Positions 8,875 to 19,269 of a stretch of DNA of 56,260 nucleotides are shown here, piece by piece. How positions within the stretch are numbered: position 1 is the first letter of the stretch; each line of letters opens with the position of its first letter. The notes under the pieces were generated by a model. That model was not told where the DNA came from. It saw only the letters and a list, made by a program, of their open reading frames with translations, and ran no database searches. Source of the DNA: a virus (taxonomy: Duplodnaviria; Caudoviricetes). The position numbers were made by a program, and so were the translations under genes. Location: positions 1 to 56,260 of IMG/VR virus record IMGVR_UViG_3300016471_000620. One strand, written 5' to 3'.

Positions 8875-11808
8875 ATGGGGCAAGAAATCCATGAGCTGCG
8901 TGGGGTAATCGGGGGGGACGCCTCGGGGTGGCTGCGCGCGATCGGGCAGGCGATTCGCGGGGCGGACGATTTCGGTCGGCGGTGGGCCCAGGTCGCCAAC
9001 GATGTGGCGGAGGTCGGGGGGCGACTTGCAGCCGGGATTGCTGGTGCCGCGACGGCAATGGCGTCGGCTGTCGCTGTGACCGGTGGCAAGTTCAACGCGT
9101 TGAAAGAGAACGCCAATATCGCGTTCTCGACGATCCTGCGCGACGGGGCGAAAGCACGCCAGTTTCTCGGCGAACTGCAGAAGTTTTCACAGGAGACTCC
9201 GTTCACATTCGGGGGCCTCATCAAGAACTCCCAGTACCTGCTGGCGACTGGGTTCGCGCTGCAGGAGATCATCCCGACGCTGAGGATCCTCGGCGACACG
9301 ATGTCGGGGCTAGGCAAGGGGGAGGAAGAACTGAAGTTGGTGGCGGCTGCGCTGGGGCAGATCCGAAACAGCGCAAAGCTCTCTGCAGCCGACATGGCGC
9401 AGCTCACGAATCAGGGCATCCCAGCCTGGCAGATGCTGGCAGAGGCGATCGGGACGACAGTCGGCGAAGCTCGCAAAATGAGCGAGTCGGGGGCGTTCAG
9501 CGGCCAGCAGGCGTATGAGATCCTGTTGGGCGGGCTGCAGAACAAGTTCGGCGGTGGCATGGCGGCTGCCGCGGGGTCATTCGACCAGCTCGTCAGCAAT
9601 CTGAAGGACACGTTCGACATTCGCGCCGGGGAGATCACAGCGCCCCTGTTTGCGAGCCTCAAGAACGTGTTCAAGATGTTGCTGGACTACTTCGGGTCCG
9701 GAGAATTCAATCAAGCGGTGGCGGTTCTGGCCGACAAGTTTGGGCAGGCCGGAGCGGCGATTGAGCAGTTTGTCGGGGGCAACAAGGAGGCCCTGATCGG
9801 GACTGTCACGCAGGCGATTGGAGGCCTGGCCGACGGGGTGCAGAACCTCCTGCAGTGGTCGCGTGAGGCCGGCCCGGCAATCACAGACATGGCCCAGGTG
9901 ATCTGGTCTGTCGTGACCGCAGTCGGCGGGTTCGTCGCCCAGTACCCTCAGGTTCTGGTGGCCCTGGCACTGTGGCAGGGGGCCCAGATGATCGGGGCTG
10001 TAACCGCGGCCAGATCGCTGATTTCAGCAATCACTGGGACAATCTCGGTGGTCTGGAACATGATCAGTGCCTTTCGTTCTGCCATGGCCCCGGCTCAGGC
10101 TCTGGCAGGCCAGATGAGCCAGACCACCTCGGCGGCCGGAGGGCTGAAATCGGCATTCTCCGCCGGGGCGGCCTCTTTGATCGTCGCCGGGTTCTTCGCG
10201 GTGCTAATGATTGCCGCGCAGCAACTGCAGGCCGAGCTGGCCGAGACGCAGAAGTCGATGGACAAGATCTCCAACTGGCAGGCGGAGCAGGTCCGAAAGA
10301 AGATGCAGGCGGCCGGGCGGGAGGACAACCACAACGCCCGATTGGCTGGATCCCGCGAGGCTGAGGAGGCGGCGAAGGAAGAGGTGCGAGACGCAGAGAG
10401 GGCGTTGCGGGCGAGGGAGTCCGAGACGTCCCGCATCAGGAAAGAGCTGAATTGGACGAACGGCGGCATCGGGGCGATGCTCCCGGAGGCGCTCGGCGGG
10501 TTCGACCCTGTCAAGCAGGCCGAAAAACAAGAGCAGGATGCACGGGACCGCCTGGAGCGGGCGAAGCAGGCGGCGGAGGAAGCGGCGATTCAGCGGGAGG
10601 CTGCGGAGCGGCAGGCACGGGACGCGTTACACGGCCCGGCTCAACCAGGAGGTGGCCTGGGGGCTGGAGCCGGGGGGCCCATGCTGGGGCAGCCGGCCCA
10701 GCCGGAAGCCGAAGCGGCTGACGCTCTAGACAAAGCAACCAAAGATGCCGAAGACAAAATCCGCGCGGCATGGGAGCGTATCACCGACGACGTCGCCAAG
10801 CGCACGGAGGACATGGCCCTTAAATTCAGGGACCTGGCCACCTACATGGATCCAGCACAAGTGCAGATCTTGGCGGACTCGATGACGCGGCTGAACCAAG
10901 CCGTGATGGGCGGCGAGATATCGCAGGACCAGTACGATCGTCTGGTGCAGGGACTCAACCAGGTCGGCAACAGCTCGGGCGATTTGACCGAAAAAATGCA
11001 GAAGCTGGCGGCGGAGGGCAAGATCAGCGCCGAAGACGTGGGGGCCCTGCAGGCCGGCCTGTCCAACTTGATGCAGCAATACCAGCAGGGCAACATCACG
11101 GCCGACGGGTTCGCCCGCGGCATCAACGGGCTGAACGACGCAATGGCGGCCGCGACCTCGCAGGCCGAGGCACAGGCCCGGGCCGAAGAGCGCAAGCGTC
11201 TGATGTCCGGGCAGTTCACTGGGGACGAGCTGCGAACGGCATACGAGGACCGTATCATCGCGTTTCAGCGGCAGCGGATGCAGGCGCTGGTGGAGCAGCA
11301 GTTTCGCCAGTGGCAGTACGCAAATGGGTTTGTCGATCAGACGGCACGCAGCTTTTCGTCGCTCGGGCAGACGATGGGCAGGTTCAGCGTGGGCGTGCAA
11401 CAGGCGACAGGCTACCTGAATGGCATGAGTGGCGGAGGGGGTGCATTTGCCGCCTTGAACGGCCTGTTCTCGGGCCAATACGACTTCGCGCTGCTGTACA
11501 ACGAGCTCAACCAGCTCAAGCAGATCCTGAGTCTGCCGAACATCTCTAGCGAACGGCGAATGCAGGTCGAAGGCCGAATTGGCGAGATCCAGAGTCAGCT
11601 CAACGCCCCGCCTCCCCCGCCGATGTTCGTGGGCATGACCGGCAACGGGCAGATCGTCGACCCGGGGATTCAGACGCAGTCGGCTCGGGCTCAGGCGATG
11701 TCGATCACGGTCTCGCTCCCGAACCTGACGCGAGTCTCGCAGAGCGAGGCACAGATGCTGGTGCAGGCCCTGCAGTCCGAGATGCAACGACAGGGGAGGC
11801 GGCTGTAA
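8875..11808 (+). CDS. Tape measure protein
   Basis: 977 aa, Ala/Gly-rich and helical; tape-measure domain (ETPF...QL..QGIPAWQMLAEA...SNLKD). Confidence 0.93.
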   Translation: MGQEIHELRGVIGGDASGWLRAIGQAIRGADDFGRRWAQVANDVAEVGGRLAAGIAGAATAMASAVAVTGGKFNALKENANIAFSTILRDGAKARQFLGELQKFSQETPFTFGGLIKNSQYLLATGFALQEIIPTLRILGDTMSGLGKGEEELKLVAAALGQIRNSAKLSAADMAQLTNQGIPAWQMLAEAIGTTVGEARKMSESGAFSGQQAYEILLGGLQNKFGGGMAAAAGSFDQLVSNLKDTFDIRAGEITAPLFASLKNVFKMLLDYFGSGEFNQAVAVLADKFGQAGAAIEQFVGGNKEALIGTVTQAIGGLADGVQNLLQWSREAGPAITDMAQVIWSVVTAVGGFVAQYPQVLVALALWQGAQMIGAVTAARSLISAITGTISVVWNMISAFRSAMAPAQALAGQMSQTTSAAGGLKSAFSAGAASLIVAGFFAVLMIAAQQLQAELAETQKSMDKISNWQAEQVRKKMQAAGREDNHNARLAGSREAEEAAKEEVRDAERALRARESETSRIRKELNWTNGGIGAMLPEALGGFDPVKQAEKQEQDARDRLERAKQAAEEAAIQREAAERQARDALHGPAQPGGGLGAGAGGPMLGQPAQPEAEAADALDKATKDAEDKIRAAWERITDDVAKRTEDMALKFRDLATYMDPAQVQILADSMTRLNQAVMGGEISQDQYDRLVQGLNQVGNSSGDLTEKMQKLAAEGKISAEDVGALQAGLSNLMQQYQQGNITADGFARGINGLNDAMAAATSQAEAQARAEERKRLMSGQFTGDELRTAYEDRIIAFQRQRMQALVEQQFRQWQYANGFVDQTARSFSSLGQTMGRFSVGVQQATGYLNGMSGGGGAFAALNGLFSGQYDFALLYNELNQLKQILSLPNISSERRMQVEGRIGEIQSQLNAPPPPPMFVGMTGNGQIVDPGIQTQSARAQAMSITVSLPNLTRVSQSEAQMLVQALQSEMQRQGRRL

Positions 11809-11823
11809 GCCGGCAAAACAGCG

Positions 11824-14406
11824 ATGGCCAGAACCCTCACCAGCGCGGCAACGACGGCGAAAAACACCACCAACGGCGCGTTCCCGATCTACGTTTTGGA
11901 GATCCAGTGGGGTGGCGGGACAGGCACAAAATACTACGCCGGCGAGGTGCTGACCTCCCCGGTGACGGCAGAGGGCCGCGTGATCGACTGGGGATCGATC
12001 CAGATCGGGGCCGAACCAGGCCGCGCCGGAGGGCATGGGCAGGTTCAGATCACGCTCGCCGACCCTGACCTGGCGCTGAAACCGCTTCTCGAAACAAGCC
12101 CTGGCCCGATCAACAAGAAAGCGTTCATCCACCTGTTTTTCTCGGGCGGAACGTGGCCCACTGATCGCGTCACGATCTTTGGCGGCGTGCTCGACTCGCC
12201 GTGTGAGTGGGACGACGCGCGGGCCCAGTGGCGGATCGCGTTCAAGGGGCTGGAGAGCCTCTACAACCGGCAGGTGGGCCGCTACATCGACCGCGACATT
12301 TTCAACGACGTCGCGTGCTCGGAGTGCGAGGGGCAGATCATCCCGATCGCATACGGCAACCCGGTCAGGCGCATTCCCTGCTGCATCATCGAGCGCCCCG
12401 GGCAGTCGGCGCTGTACTCGACGCTGCAGCCTTTCGACTCGGCGCTGTACATCCAGAACACAGCCACAAACGACCTGTTCACAACCTCTGGGACACGCAC
12501 CCTGATTGTTGGATTCGCCGGGAATTACGAGACATTCACGGGCACGTGGGACGGCAGCATCGCGAACAAGTTCAACATCGCGACGCGTGATTCGTGGATC
12601 GCCTCAGGGTACATCTCGGCGACCTACGGGGTGGGCGGGCAGTCCTACCTGATGGTCCCTGTGGCGGACGTCCCCAACCCGACCAAGTCGCGTGGGGGAT
12701 ACCCAATTGCCCTGCAGATCGGCGGGAACTGGAACATCCTCCCGATCACGCAGTGGACGACCTCGGGCGGGTCAATTGCGGTCCTGAACGCCGGCAACTT
12801 GGGGGCCAACGTCGGCACGCCATACAAGATCGGCCGCTACCCCGGGCAGGTGCCAGTGTGGCCGCCTGGCACACAAGTGTACGAGGTCGACACTTGGAAA
12901 TTCGCGGTCAACTGGCTGCCGTCGAAGTCGGTCGACTACGTCGAGATCATGACCAAGGTGCAGATCCCGGGGGGGAACCTTGTCGACGCGTTTCTGCAGA
13001 TCAACCCGGCTCTGTACTCGGTCAACCTGAACGACACGACCTACAACACGGCTCTCGGGCGTGCAGGTGGGGACCCCGGAATCACGACGATCACCATGTC
13101 CAACCCGCCGATCAAGGCGGGTGCCAGCGACGCGCGGCTGTACTGCACCGTGAAGGGCATCACCGACGACAACACGTCGTCGGGAACGGTGCTGAGCGAC
13201 CCGGCCGATGTCATCAAAAACCTATTGGGGAACGCATTCATCGGGGCGGTCCCGTCGAGCGAGATCGACTCCACGTCGTTCTCGGCGGCCGCGACGGCCA
13301 TCACCCAGACGCTCGAACTGGCGATCCTCACCCCGCGGAAGCTGATGGACGTCTGCGGGGAGCTGGCCTACCAGGCGGGGGCGATCTTTTTCTGGGACGG
13401 CGGGCAGGCTCGGATCAAGAAGCTGGCGCACACGCTGAGCAGTGGGGACTCGGTCTACACGTTCGACGCGGGCAAGTACGCTCGGCAGACGTTGCGGGTG
13501 CGAGAGACCTCGCTGTCCAACACGCCGACGCAGACGACCGGCAAGTTCCGCACGTCGCTGGCGGCCCCTGAAAGCAAGCTCGTGCGGCGCTGCGCAGACG
13601 CGGTGACAGCGTTCGGCTGGCGAGACGACGAAATCGACATGTGGGCGATGCAGGTGCCCGCGAACGTGGCGGCGATCATCGAGTTCTGGCTCAAATTCAA
13701 GCTCCAACAGAACCAGACGATCAGCCTCGACTGCTTCCTCAACGGGGTGCATTTGCAGCCTGGCGACACGGTGACGCTCAACATCGCCCATGCCGGGACG
13801 AGTGTGCTGAACAACGTGCTCGGCCGCGTAAAGACGCTGCGGCACGACCCCGGGTCGGCGAACGGGGGCAAGGTCGACCGCATCTCCGTCGAGCTCGACG
13901 TCGGGCTCTACACATGGACCGTTTCTGCTGTCACACCGTACTCCCGCGAGTGCAATCCGCCCCTCGGAAATCCCGACCTGACAGTGGGGCCGGGGGCCGC
14001 GTTGGGCAGCGGGTCGGGCTGGATCTGGGGCTCGGGGCAAGCCCAGGCGTCCTGGCACGACAGCAACAACCAGATGGCCGGCGGGTCAGTCAACAGCGGG
14101 ACGGGGATTGGCACAGGCACAGGCACAGGAACCGGTTCTGGCTCTGGCAGTGGGTCGGGCTCTGGATCCAGCAGTGGATCGGGCGGAGTGACCTACCCCG
14201 CGGTGGGCAAACACGGGACCGGGGTGTGGTCGGGAGCGAGCTCCAAGACCGTCACGATCTACACTGGGGCCGGTGGATCCGAGACCGCGACTGCGTTCAC
14301 TGTGTCCGCGTACCTGCCCTCTGGCCTGACTGTCGCGTCGAACGCGCTGTGCATTCTCGACCAGGTGTACGGCGGGACGATTTACGCTCACCCGAACTCG
14401 TGCTGA
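11824..14406 (+). CDS. Tail tip/hub protein with a C-terminal Gly/Ser/Thr linker
   Basis: After TMP; IIPIAYG, DPADVIKNLL, LQPGD motifs; GTGTGTGSGSGSGS tract. Confidence 0.75.
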   Translation: MARTLTSAATTAKNTTNGAFPIYVLEIQWGGGTGTKYYAGEVLTSPVTAEGRVIDWGSIQIGAEPGRAGGHGQVQITLADPDLALKPLLETSPGPINKKAFIHLFFSGGTWPTDRVTIFGGVLDSPCEWDDARAQWRIAFKGLESLYNRQVGRYIDRDIFNDVACSECEGQIIPIAYGNPVRRIPCCIIERPGQSALYSTLQPFDSALYIQNTATNDLFTTSGTRTLIVGFAGNYETFTGTWDGSIANKFNIATRDSWIASGYISATYGVGGQSYLMVPVADVPNPTKSRGGYPIALQIGGNWNILPITQWTTSGGSIAVLNAGNLGANVGTPYKIGRYPGQVPVWPPGTQVYEVDTWKFAVNWLPSKSVDYVEIMTKVQIPGGNLVDAFLQINPALYSVNLNDTTYNTALGRAGGDPGITTITMSNPPIKAGASDARLYCTVKGITDDNTSSGTVLSDPADVIKNLLGNAFIGAVPSSEIDSTSFSAAATAITQTLELAILTPRKLMDVCGELAYQAGAIFFWDGGQARIKKLAHTLSSGDSVYTFDAGKYARQTLRVRETSLSNTPTQTTGKFRTSLAAPESKLVRRCADAVTAFGWRDDEIDMWAMQVPANVAAIIEFWLKFKLQQNQTISLDCFLNGVHLQPGDTVTLNIAHAGTSVLNNVLGRVKTLRHDPGSANGGKVDRISVELDVGLYTWTVSAVTPYSRECNPPLGNPDLTVGPGAALGSGSGWIWGSGQAQASWHDSNNQMAGGSVNSGTGIGTGTGTGTGSGSGSGSGSGSSSGSGGVTYPAVGKHGTGVWSGASSKTVTIYTGAGGSETATAFTVSAYLPSGLTVASNALCILDQVYGGTIYAHPNSC

Positions 14407-14416
14407 GAGGTGCCCA

Positions 14417-15325
14417 GTGAGTGGATGGGCGTGGTGCTGTGCGTGTGCTCCGGCAGCCGGAAAGTACGTGATCGCTTACGGTCTGCGATCGGGTGGCAAT
14501 TACGTCCGCGACGTCGACGTGTACGACGCTGGGTCGTGGACCTCCAAGGCAGACGGAGTGGCGCCCGGTAGGACAGGTCACAGATCGGCGACGTTGTCGC
14601 AGAAGGGATACGTATTTGGCGGATTTGAAGGAACCAGCCCGTTCAACATGACCCGCAATGACGAGTACGTTCAGAGCTCTGACGTGTGGACGACCAAGAC
14701 CGCGATGTCGGCCGCGAAAGCGTACCACAGCGGATGTGCCGCGTCCGGACAGGCGTATGCGTTTGCTGGGTACAGCGACGTCAATGCCCAGACATTTAGC
14801 GATGCAACGTATCAGTACGACACTGGCGGAGATTCATGGTCGACGAAAGCATCGTGTCCGTTTCCGTCGAGGCAACTCGCTACGGCCATCGAGATTGGGG
14901 CGAAGGCGTACTTGATCTGCGGTATCGCTTTGGGAGGTACAATCATGTCGGACAACGACGAATACGACCCTTCCGGCAATTCGTGGACAGCCAAAACAGA
15001 TTGCGTTTCACCGGCGAGGCACGCATCGTCTGGATTTCAGATTTCATCGAAAGGTTACATCACGTACGGAAACCTGGGTGGCTCGTACATCAGGGATACC
15101 GACCAGTACGTACCGGACACATGGACCAGCAAAGCTGATGGCCCTTCGCCTGCCCGGTGGTATCAGGCCGGTGCCTACTACGGAGGTGCCGGATACGCAA
15201 CCGGGGGGCAGGGTTCGAGCGGACTGCTTTCAGACCACAGCGAATTCACGCCCGACGTGTGGGCCACCAAGATTACAATTCCGTCCCCCGCACGCCAGCA
15301 ACTGACATCATTTGAGGCAGCATGA
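14417..15325 (+). CDS. Kelch-repeat beta-propeller protein (candidate receptor-binding protein)
   Basis: Six Kelch-like blades (e.g. GYVFGG...YV...W.TK, AYLICG...YDP..NSW.AK). Confidence 0.8.
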   Translation: MSGWAWCCACAPAAGKYVIAYGLRSGGNYVRDVDVYDAGSWTSKADGVAPGRTGHRSATLSQKGYVFGGFEGTSPFNMTRNDEYVQSSDVWTTKTAMSAAKAYHSGCAASGQAYAFAGYSDVNAQTFSDATYQYDTGGDSWSTKASCPFPSRQLATAIEIGAKAYLICGIALGGTIMSDNDEYDPSGNSWTAKTDCVSPARHASSGFQISSKGYITYGNLGGSYIRDTDQYVPDTWTSKADGPSPARWYQAGAYYGGAGYATGGQGSSGLLSDHSEFTPDVWATKITIPSPARQQLTSFEAA

Positions 15326-16095
15326 TTCAAGCAATTCTGGCCGACCACCGCCACTACCACAGCGACTGGCAGATCGATCACGCGATCACGATCCGCGCCG
15401 GGGGAACGCTCTACGGGTGCTACAAGCAGGCGGTGCGGGAGCTGCACAAGAGGTGGAGGGGGCTGCGTGAGGTCTACGCAAACACAGAGCGATTGAGGCT
15501 CGACGTCGACGACTTGGAGCAGATTCCTGAAGCCTCCGGAAACAACGCCCGGCGGCGGGAATTGGACCTCGCGGAGAAGCGTCTGGCGTTGCTCGAAGCC
15601 AATGGGGTAGTGCGCGACACGGAGCGGGAATTCCTGCGGTTCCTGGGGCAGGCAGTCGCGTGCCGAACTGCTCTCGGGATACCTCCCGACGGGACGCTGG
15701 ATGAGGCGACCAGGGACCGACTGGACGCCGAGATGTGGGAGCATCAGATCAAGGCGATGGCGGCGGTGGACTTCATGGCGCAGGGAAGGATCGGGCGGTC
15801 GACGATCGAACTGCTGGCTGCCTGCTCCCCGGCGATGCGTCGGAGGATTGCGGCACTGGTTCTGCACGAATCACGCCACCACGAACTGATTGAGTGGTAC
15901 CTGACCGCCGAGACACCGATGCCGCCACCAGTCATTTTCACGGCCGGCGAAAGCAGAGAGGCTCTGGAATGGATCTCGAAGAGTTTGAGCGGGCCGCCCG
16001 AGAATGGAACAGCACCACGTCTACTCTCGGATCAGAGGGAGAGTACCGCGGCCGACTGGAGGCGTGCGTCTGGTGCCGGTGGAGATGCGGGCTGA
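15322..16095 (+). CDS. Hypothetical coiled-coil protein
   Basis: ATGA coupling to the Kelch gene; long helical segment. Confidence 0.6.
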   Translation: MIQAILADHRHYHSDWQIDHAITIRAGGTLYGCYKQAVRELHKRWRGLREVYANTERLRLDVDDLEQIPEASGNNARRRELDLAEKRLALLEANGVVRDTEREFLRFLGQAVACRTALGIPPDGTLDEATRDRLDAEMWEHQIKAMAAVDFMAQGRIGRSTIELLAACSPAMRRRIAALVLHESRHHELIEWYLTAETPMPPPVIFTAGESREALEWISKSLSGPPENGTAPRLLSDQRESTAADWRRASGAGGDAG

Positions 16096-16232
16096 TCTGC
16101 TCTCTGGTGCACTGTGGATGCCGAATTCCGGTGTACGCCGCCAGAATCGAGAGTGAGTGCCCGATCCAGAAGTGGCCAGCGATTACCCCCCACCAACCCC
16201 CAGCAGAACCAGAGCATGACCAACCAGGCTGA
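15969..16232 (+). CDS. Small Cys-rich zinc-binding-like protein (DUF6171-like)
   Basis: R..AC..C...C..C...CGC.........CP..KW pattern; overlaps the upstream ORF by 127 nt. Confidence 0.6.
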   Translation: MDLEEFERAAREWNSTTSTLGSEGEYRGRLEACVWCRWRCGLICSLVHCGCRIPVYAARIESECPIQKWPAITPHQPPAEPEHDQPG

Positions 16233-17226
16233 GCAAAGGACACTGTACCTGCGGGCCGAAGCACACGGGTTCGGCGATGCGTGTGTGACGTCTGTGATCA
16301 GCGAGAACAGCCGCGATCTTCCGGTTCGGCTGGTGCATTCCTGCCAAGGGCAAATGGCTGCGTTCGTGCGGATGCTGGGGCAGGAAGTCGTACAAAAGCC
16401 CGACGACGAATGCGTCGACACCTTCGAGGCGTACTCCGCGTACGAGATCCAGACCCAGGGGGGCCGGGTGCCACGCGTGTGGTCGCGGGCGTTGGCGCTG
16501 GGGATCTATCTGGACCACCTGCGGCCGGAGGATCTGGTGATGCCCAAGGCGGTCATCAGCGATCGCGCGAAGGATTGGGCGAAGGCGACCTGCGACGAAA
16601 TGCGGGCGTTCGGTGAGTGCAAAGCGGTGGCTCTGTGGCCCCAGACGGTGTACGCGTGCCGGGAGTGGCCTGTCGGGTACTGGCACGATCTGGCGTGGGG
16701 TCTTCGGCAGCGGGGGATCGGGGCGAGGTTCTTTCTGGGGCAGGACGAGCCTCGGTGGCACAACACCCCGGGGTACGTGTTCGGGATGGGCTGGGAGTAC
16801 TGGGCGGCCCTGATGCTGGAGGCAGACGTCAACGTCGCGATCAGTTCCGGCCCTGCGTCGCTTGCTGCAATCCTACGTGCGTGTATAATTGTCCTTGAAG
16901 GGCCAACCAAGCCGACGATCTGGGCGCACACGCCGTGGGTCGAAATCATGCAGGTCGGGAAAGACGCTGTTGATTGTGTCGGCTGCCATTTCGGGACGCC
17001 TTTTCGGGGGGCCTGCGACTTCGGTTGCTTCGCGCTGCAGGCCCTGAATCCGGCACAGGTGCTGGCGCGAGTATTGGAAAAACTCGGTGTTGAATCACAC
17101 CAAGTGGAACGCTCGGGTGAGCCCAGTGCTCCCCTCCGTCTATGGCACTGGTCCTCATTGGGCTCAGGAGCTCTTGATCCGCGAACACGAGCCCTGGCAC
17201 GACCAGGATGTGAGGGTTTTGACTGA
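16216..17226 (+). CDS. Glycosyltransferase family 9 (heptosyltransferase-like)
   Basis: N-terminal GFGD, REWP...W, SSGPASLAAIL, GPT and a C-terminal CxxC...C...C cluster. Confidence 0.75.
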   Translation: MTNQAEQRTLYLRAEAHGFGDACVTSVISENSRDLPVRLVHSCQGQMAAFVRMLGQEVVQKPDDECVDTFEAYSAYEIQTQGGRVPRVWSRALALGIYLDHLRPEDLVMPKAVISDRAKDWAKATCDEMRAFGECKAVALWPQTVYACREWPVGYWHDLAWGLRQRGIGARFFLGQDEPRWHNTPGYVFGMGWEYWAALMLEADVNVAISSGPASLAAILRACIIVLEGPTKPTIWAHTPWVEIMQVGKDAVDCVGCHFGTPFRGACDFGCFALQALNPAQVLARVLEKLGVESHQVERSGEPSAPLRLWHWSSLGSGALDPRTRALARPGCEGFD

Positions 17227-17890
17227 CGTTGTGCTGGACGATTGCTACGACGTGCAGGGCCACTTGGACGGCCTGTTTCCCGGTGTGATCGTCGACATTG
17301 GGGCGCACATTGGAGCGTTCGCGCTGATGTGCCGGAGGTGGTTCGGGTCGGACGTCGAGTACCACGGCATCGAGGCCCACCCGCTGAACTGGGAGCTGCT
17401 CCGGCGAAACGTGAAGCGGTTCGGCTGGCGGCCGGTGCAGGCCCACTACGCGGCGATCGACTACTGCGTGGACGGTGCACTTCTGCTGGATTCGTTTGTG
17501 TCGGGCGGGACCGCCACGGGCGGAAGCCGGGTGGTCGCCACTGGCGAAGAGCAATCGACGTGGGGACACCCATTCGCGGCAAGTCCGCTGGACTGCACGG
17601 TGTCGACGCTGGAAGACTTCTGCTGGGACGAGGGCATCCAGCAGATCGACCTGCTGAAGCTCGATTGCGAGGGCAGCGAGCACCGCATTGTCGACCACTT
17701 CAGCGGCTGGCACGCGGTCCGCACGGTCGTCGGCGAGTACCACGGCCGAGAGGACTGGGAGCGGCGAATCAAGGCCCACCCGGTGTTGTGTGACTGGCGG
17801 TACACCGAGCTGAGCCGACGGAACGACAAGTCGATCGGGATCTTTTTGCTGGAAAATCCGGAAGAGCACATCGGCTGGCTTGAATCGTAG
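17087..17890 (+). CDS. FkbM-family SAM methyltransferase
   Basis: IVDIGAHIG, IEAHP..N..LL..N, IDLLKLDCEGSE, VGEYH. Confidence 0.85.
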   Translation: MLNHTKWNARVSPVLPSVYGTGPHWAQELLIREHEPWHDQDVRVLTDVVLDDCYDVQGHLDGLFPGVIVDIGAHIGAFALMCRRWFGSDVEYHGIEAHPLNWELLRRNVKRFGWRPVQAHYAAIDYCVDGALLLDSFVSGGTATGGSRVVATGEEQSTWGHPFAASPLDCTVSTLEDFCWDEGIQQIDLLKLDCEGSEHRIVDHFSGWHAVRTVVGEYHGREDWERRIKAHPVLCDWRYTELSRRNDKSIGIFLLENPEEHIGWLES

Positions 17891-17939
17891 CCGGTCATGC
17901 CCTGCGCGAGTGCACAACTTGATGGAAGGGGGGACGCCC

Positions 17940-18296
17940 ATGTCTTACTGCCGTTGGTCGACCGACGATTTCCTCTGCGATCTGTACGTGTACGAGACGG
18001 CCGACGACTGGGTGGCCATCCATGTCGCAGGGAACAGGCCAGTCGGGGAGATCCCGAAGCGGGGCGTCCCGACGGTCGACAACGCGGCCGAATACTGCGA
18101 GCGGATGAATGCCCAGCTCGCCTGGCTGGACACGTGCGAGCGGGAGGACATCGACCTGCCGCACGCCGGGGAGAGTTTCGGCGCGCCCCACACTGAGGCT
18201 CTGGGCGTGTTGTTGATGCTGCGTGAGCTCGGGTATCGGTTCCCGGACTCTGTGATTGACGGGATTCTTGGAGAGGTTCTTGAGCATGTCGAATAG
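17940..18296 (+). CDS. Hypothetical protein
   Basis: Begins MSYCRWS..D..CDLYVYE; GGGGG RBS. Confidence 0.6.
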   Translation: MSYCRWSTDDFLCDLYVYETADDWVAIHVAGNRPVGEIPKRGVPTVDNAAEYCERMNAQLAWLDTCEREDIDLPHAGESFGAPHTEALGVLLMLRELGYRFPDSVIDGILGEVLEHVE

Positions 18297-19269
18297 CCCA
18301 CTGATCTACGTGATTGGGGACATTTTTGTGGACCGCATGGTGGTCTACCGCGACCATCGCAAGACCGTGGACGGGGTGCCCGTGGTCAAGTCTCGCAAGT
18401 CGGCATCAAGGCCGGCGGACTGGAGGACAGGCCTCGGAGGAGCCGGTGCGGTGGCCCTGATGGCGTCTGCGTTGGGGGCCCGTGTGATCCTCGGTGGCGC
18501 CGGCGATGACGCGTGCCAGAAGCTGATCCTGCGTGACCAGTTCAACCCGGACGGGGACCTGATGCGGTGGTCTTTCGTGGGGGACGCAAGTCGTCGCTGC
18601 GGGCGGAAGACGCGGCACATTGTCGACGGAATGACGTTGCTGCGGGTGGATGACGAGCGTCCCTGGCCAATCAGTGATCACGACTACCAGGCGATGGTTG
18701 CGGCAATGTCGTCAGCGGGCCAACCTGACGCCTTGATCCTCAGCGACTACGCCAAGGGAGTGCTGCACGAGGACTCAATTCGAACAATCCGGGAGGCATT
18801 CCCGGGGGTGCCGACGTTCGTCGACCCCAGCGCCGACAAGCTGGACTGGGAGGTGTACGGAGGGCATCTCGCCGCCATCTGCCCCAATCGGCACGAGCTG
18901 GCGACCCGCCGCCATCCGCACGCCTGGATCGAGGCCGGCGCTGAGGTCATGATCGAGAAGCAGGACGAGGACGGGCTGGTCCTATGGATCGAACAGCGAA
19001 CGCCGGGCGAGATCAACCGGGAAGCCGTGTGGATGCCGTCGAACGTGAGCAAGACAGCCTCCCATTGGGAGGACCGCGTCGTCGACACCGTGGGGGCCGG
19101 AGACATGGTGATCGCGGCCCTGGCGGTCGAACGCTGCAGGGGAAAGACCTGGAAGGACGCCTGCGACTTTGCGAACGCGGCCGCCGGCGAGAAGTGCAGA
19201 CACTGGGGGGCCGTGGCGGTCCACCGGGAGGCCGTTGAACGGAGGATGCGATTGTGTCCGGTCGTATAG
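18286..19269 (+). CDS. hldA: PfkB-family kinase, HldE/RfaE domain I-like (heptose-7-phosphate kinase)
   Basis: VIGDIFVD, LGGAGAVA, LRVDDE, LILSDYAKGVL, FVDP, PNRHE, DTVGAGD. Confidence 0.85.
   Translation: MSNSPLIYVIGDIFVDRMVVYRDHRKTVDGVPVVKSRKSASRPADWRTGLGGAGAVALMASALGARVILGGAGDDACQKLILRDQFNPDGDLMRWSFVGDASRRCGRKTRHIVDGMTLLRVDDERPWPISDHDYQAMVAAMSSAGQPDALILSDYAKGVLHEDSIRTIREAFPGVPTFVDPSADKLDWEVYGGHLAAICPNRHELATRRHPHAWIEAGAEVMIEKQDEDGLVLWIEQRTPGEINREAVWMPSNVSKTASHWEDRVVDTVGAGDMVIAALAVERCRGKTWKDACDFANAAAGEKCRHWGAVAVHREAVERRMRLCPVV

Noticed and set aside
10726-12132. Long minus-strand ORFs (e.g. 10726-12132, 21563-22891, 39504-40646, 42957-44066)
   Set aside because: Antisense shadows of well-supported plus-strand genes in high-GC DNA; no motifs or RBS.
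14095-14190. GGCACA/GGCTCT short tandem repeats
   Set aside because: In-frame Gly-Thr/Gly-Ser linker coding; not a phase-variable or non-coding repeat.
14417-15325. Diversity-generating retroelement target
   Set aside because: No reverse transcriptase and no TR/VR pair were seen.
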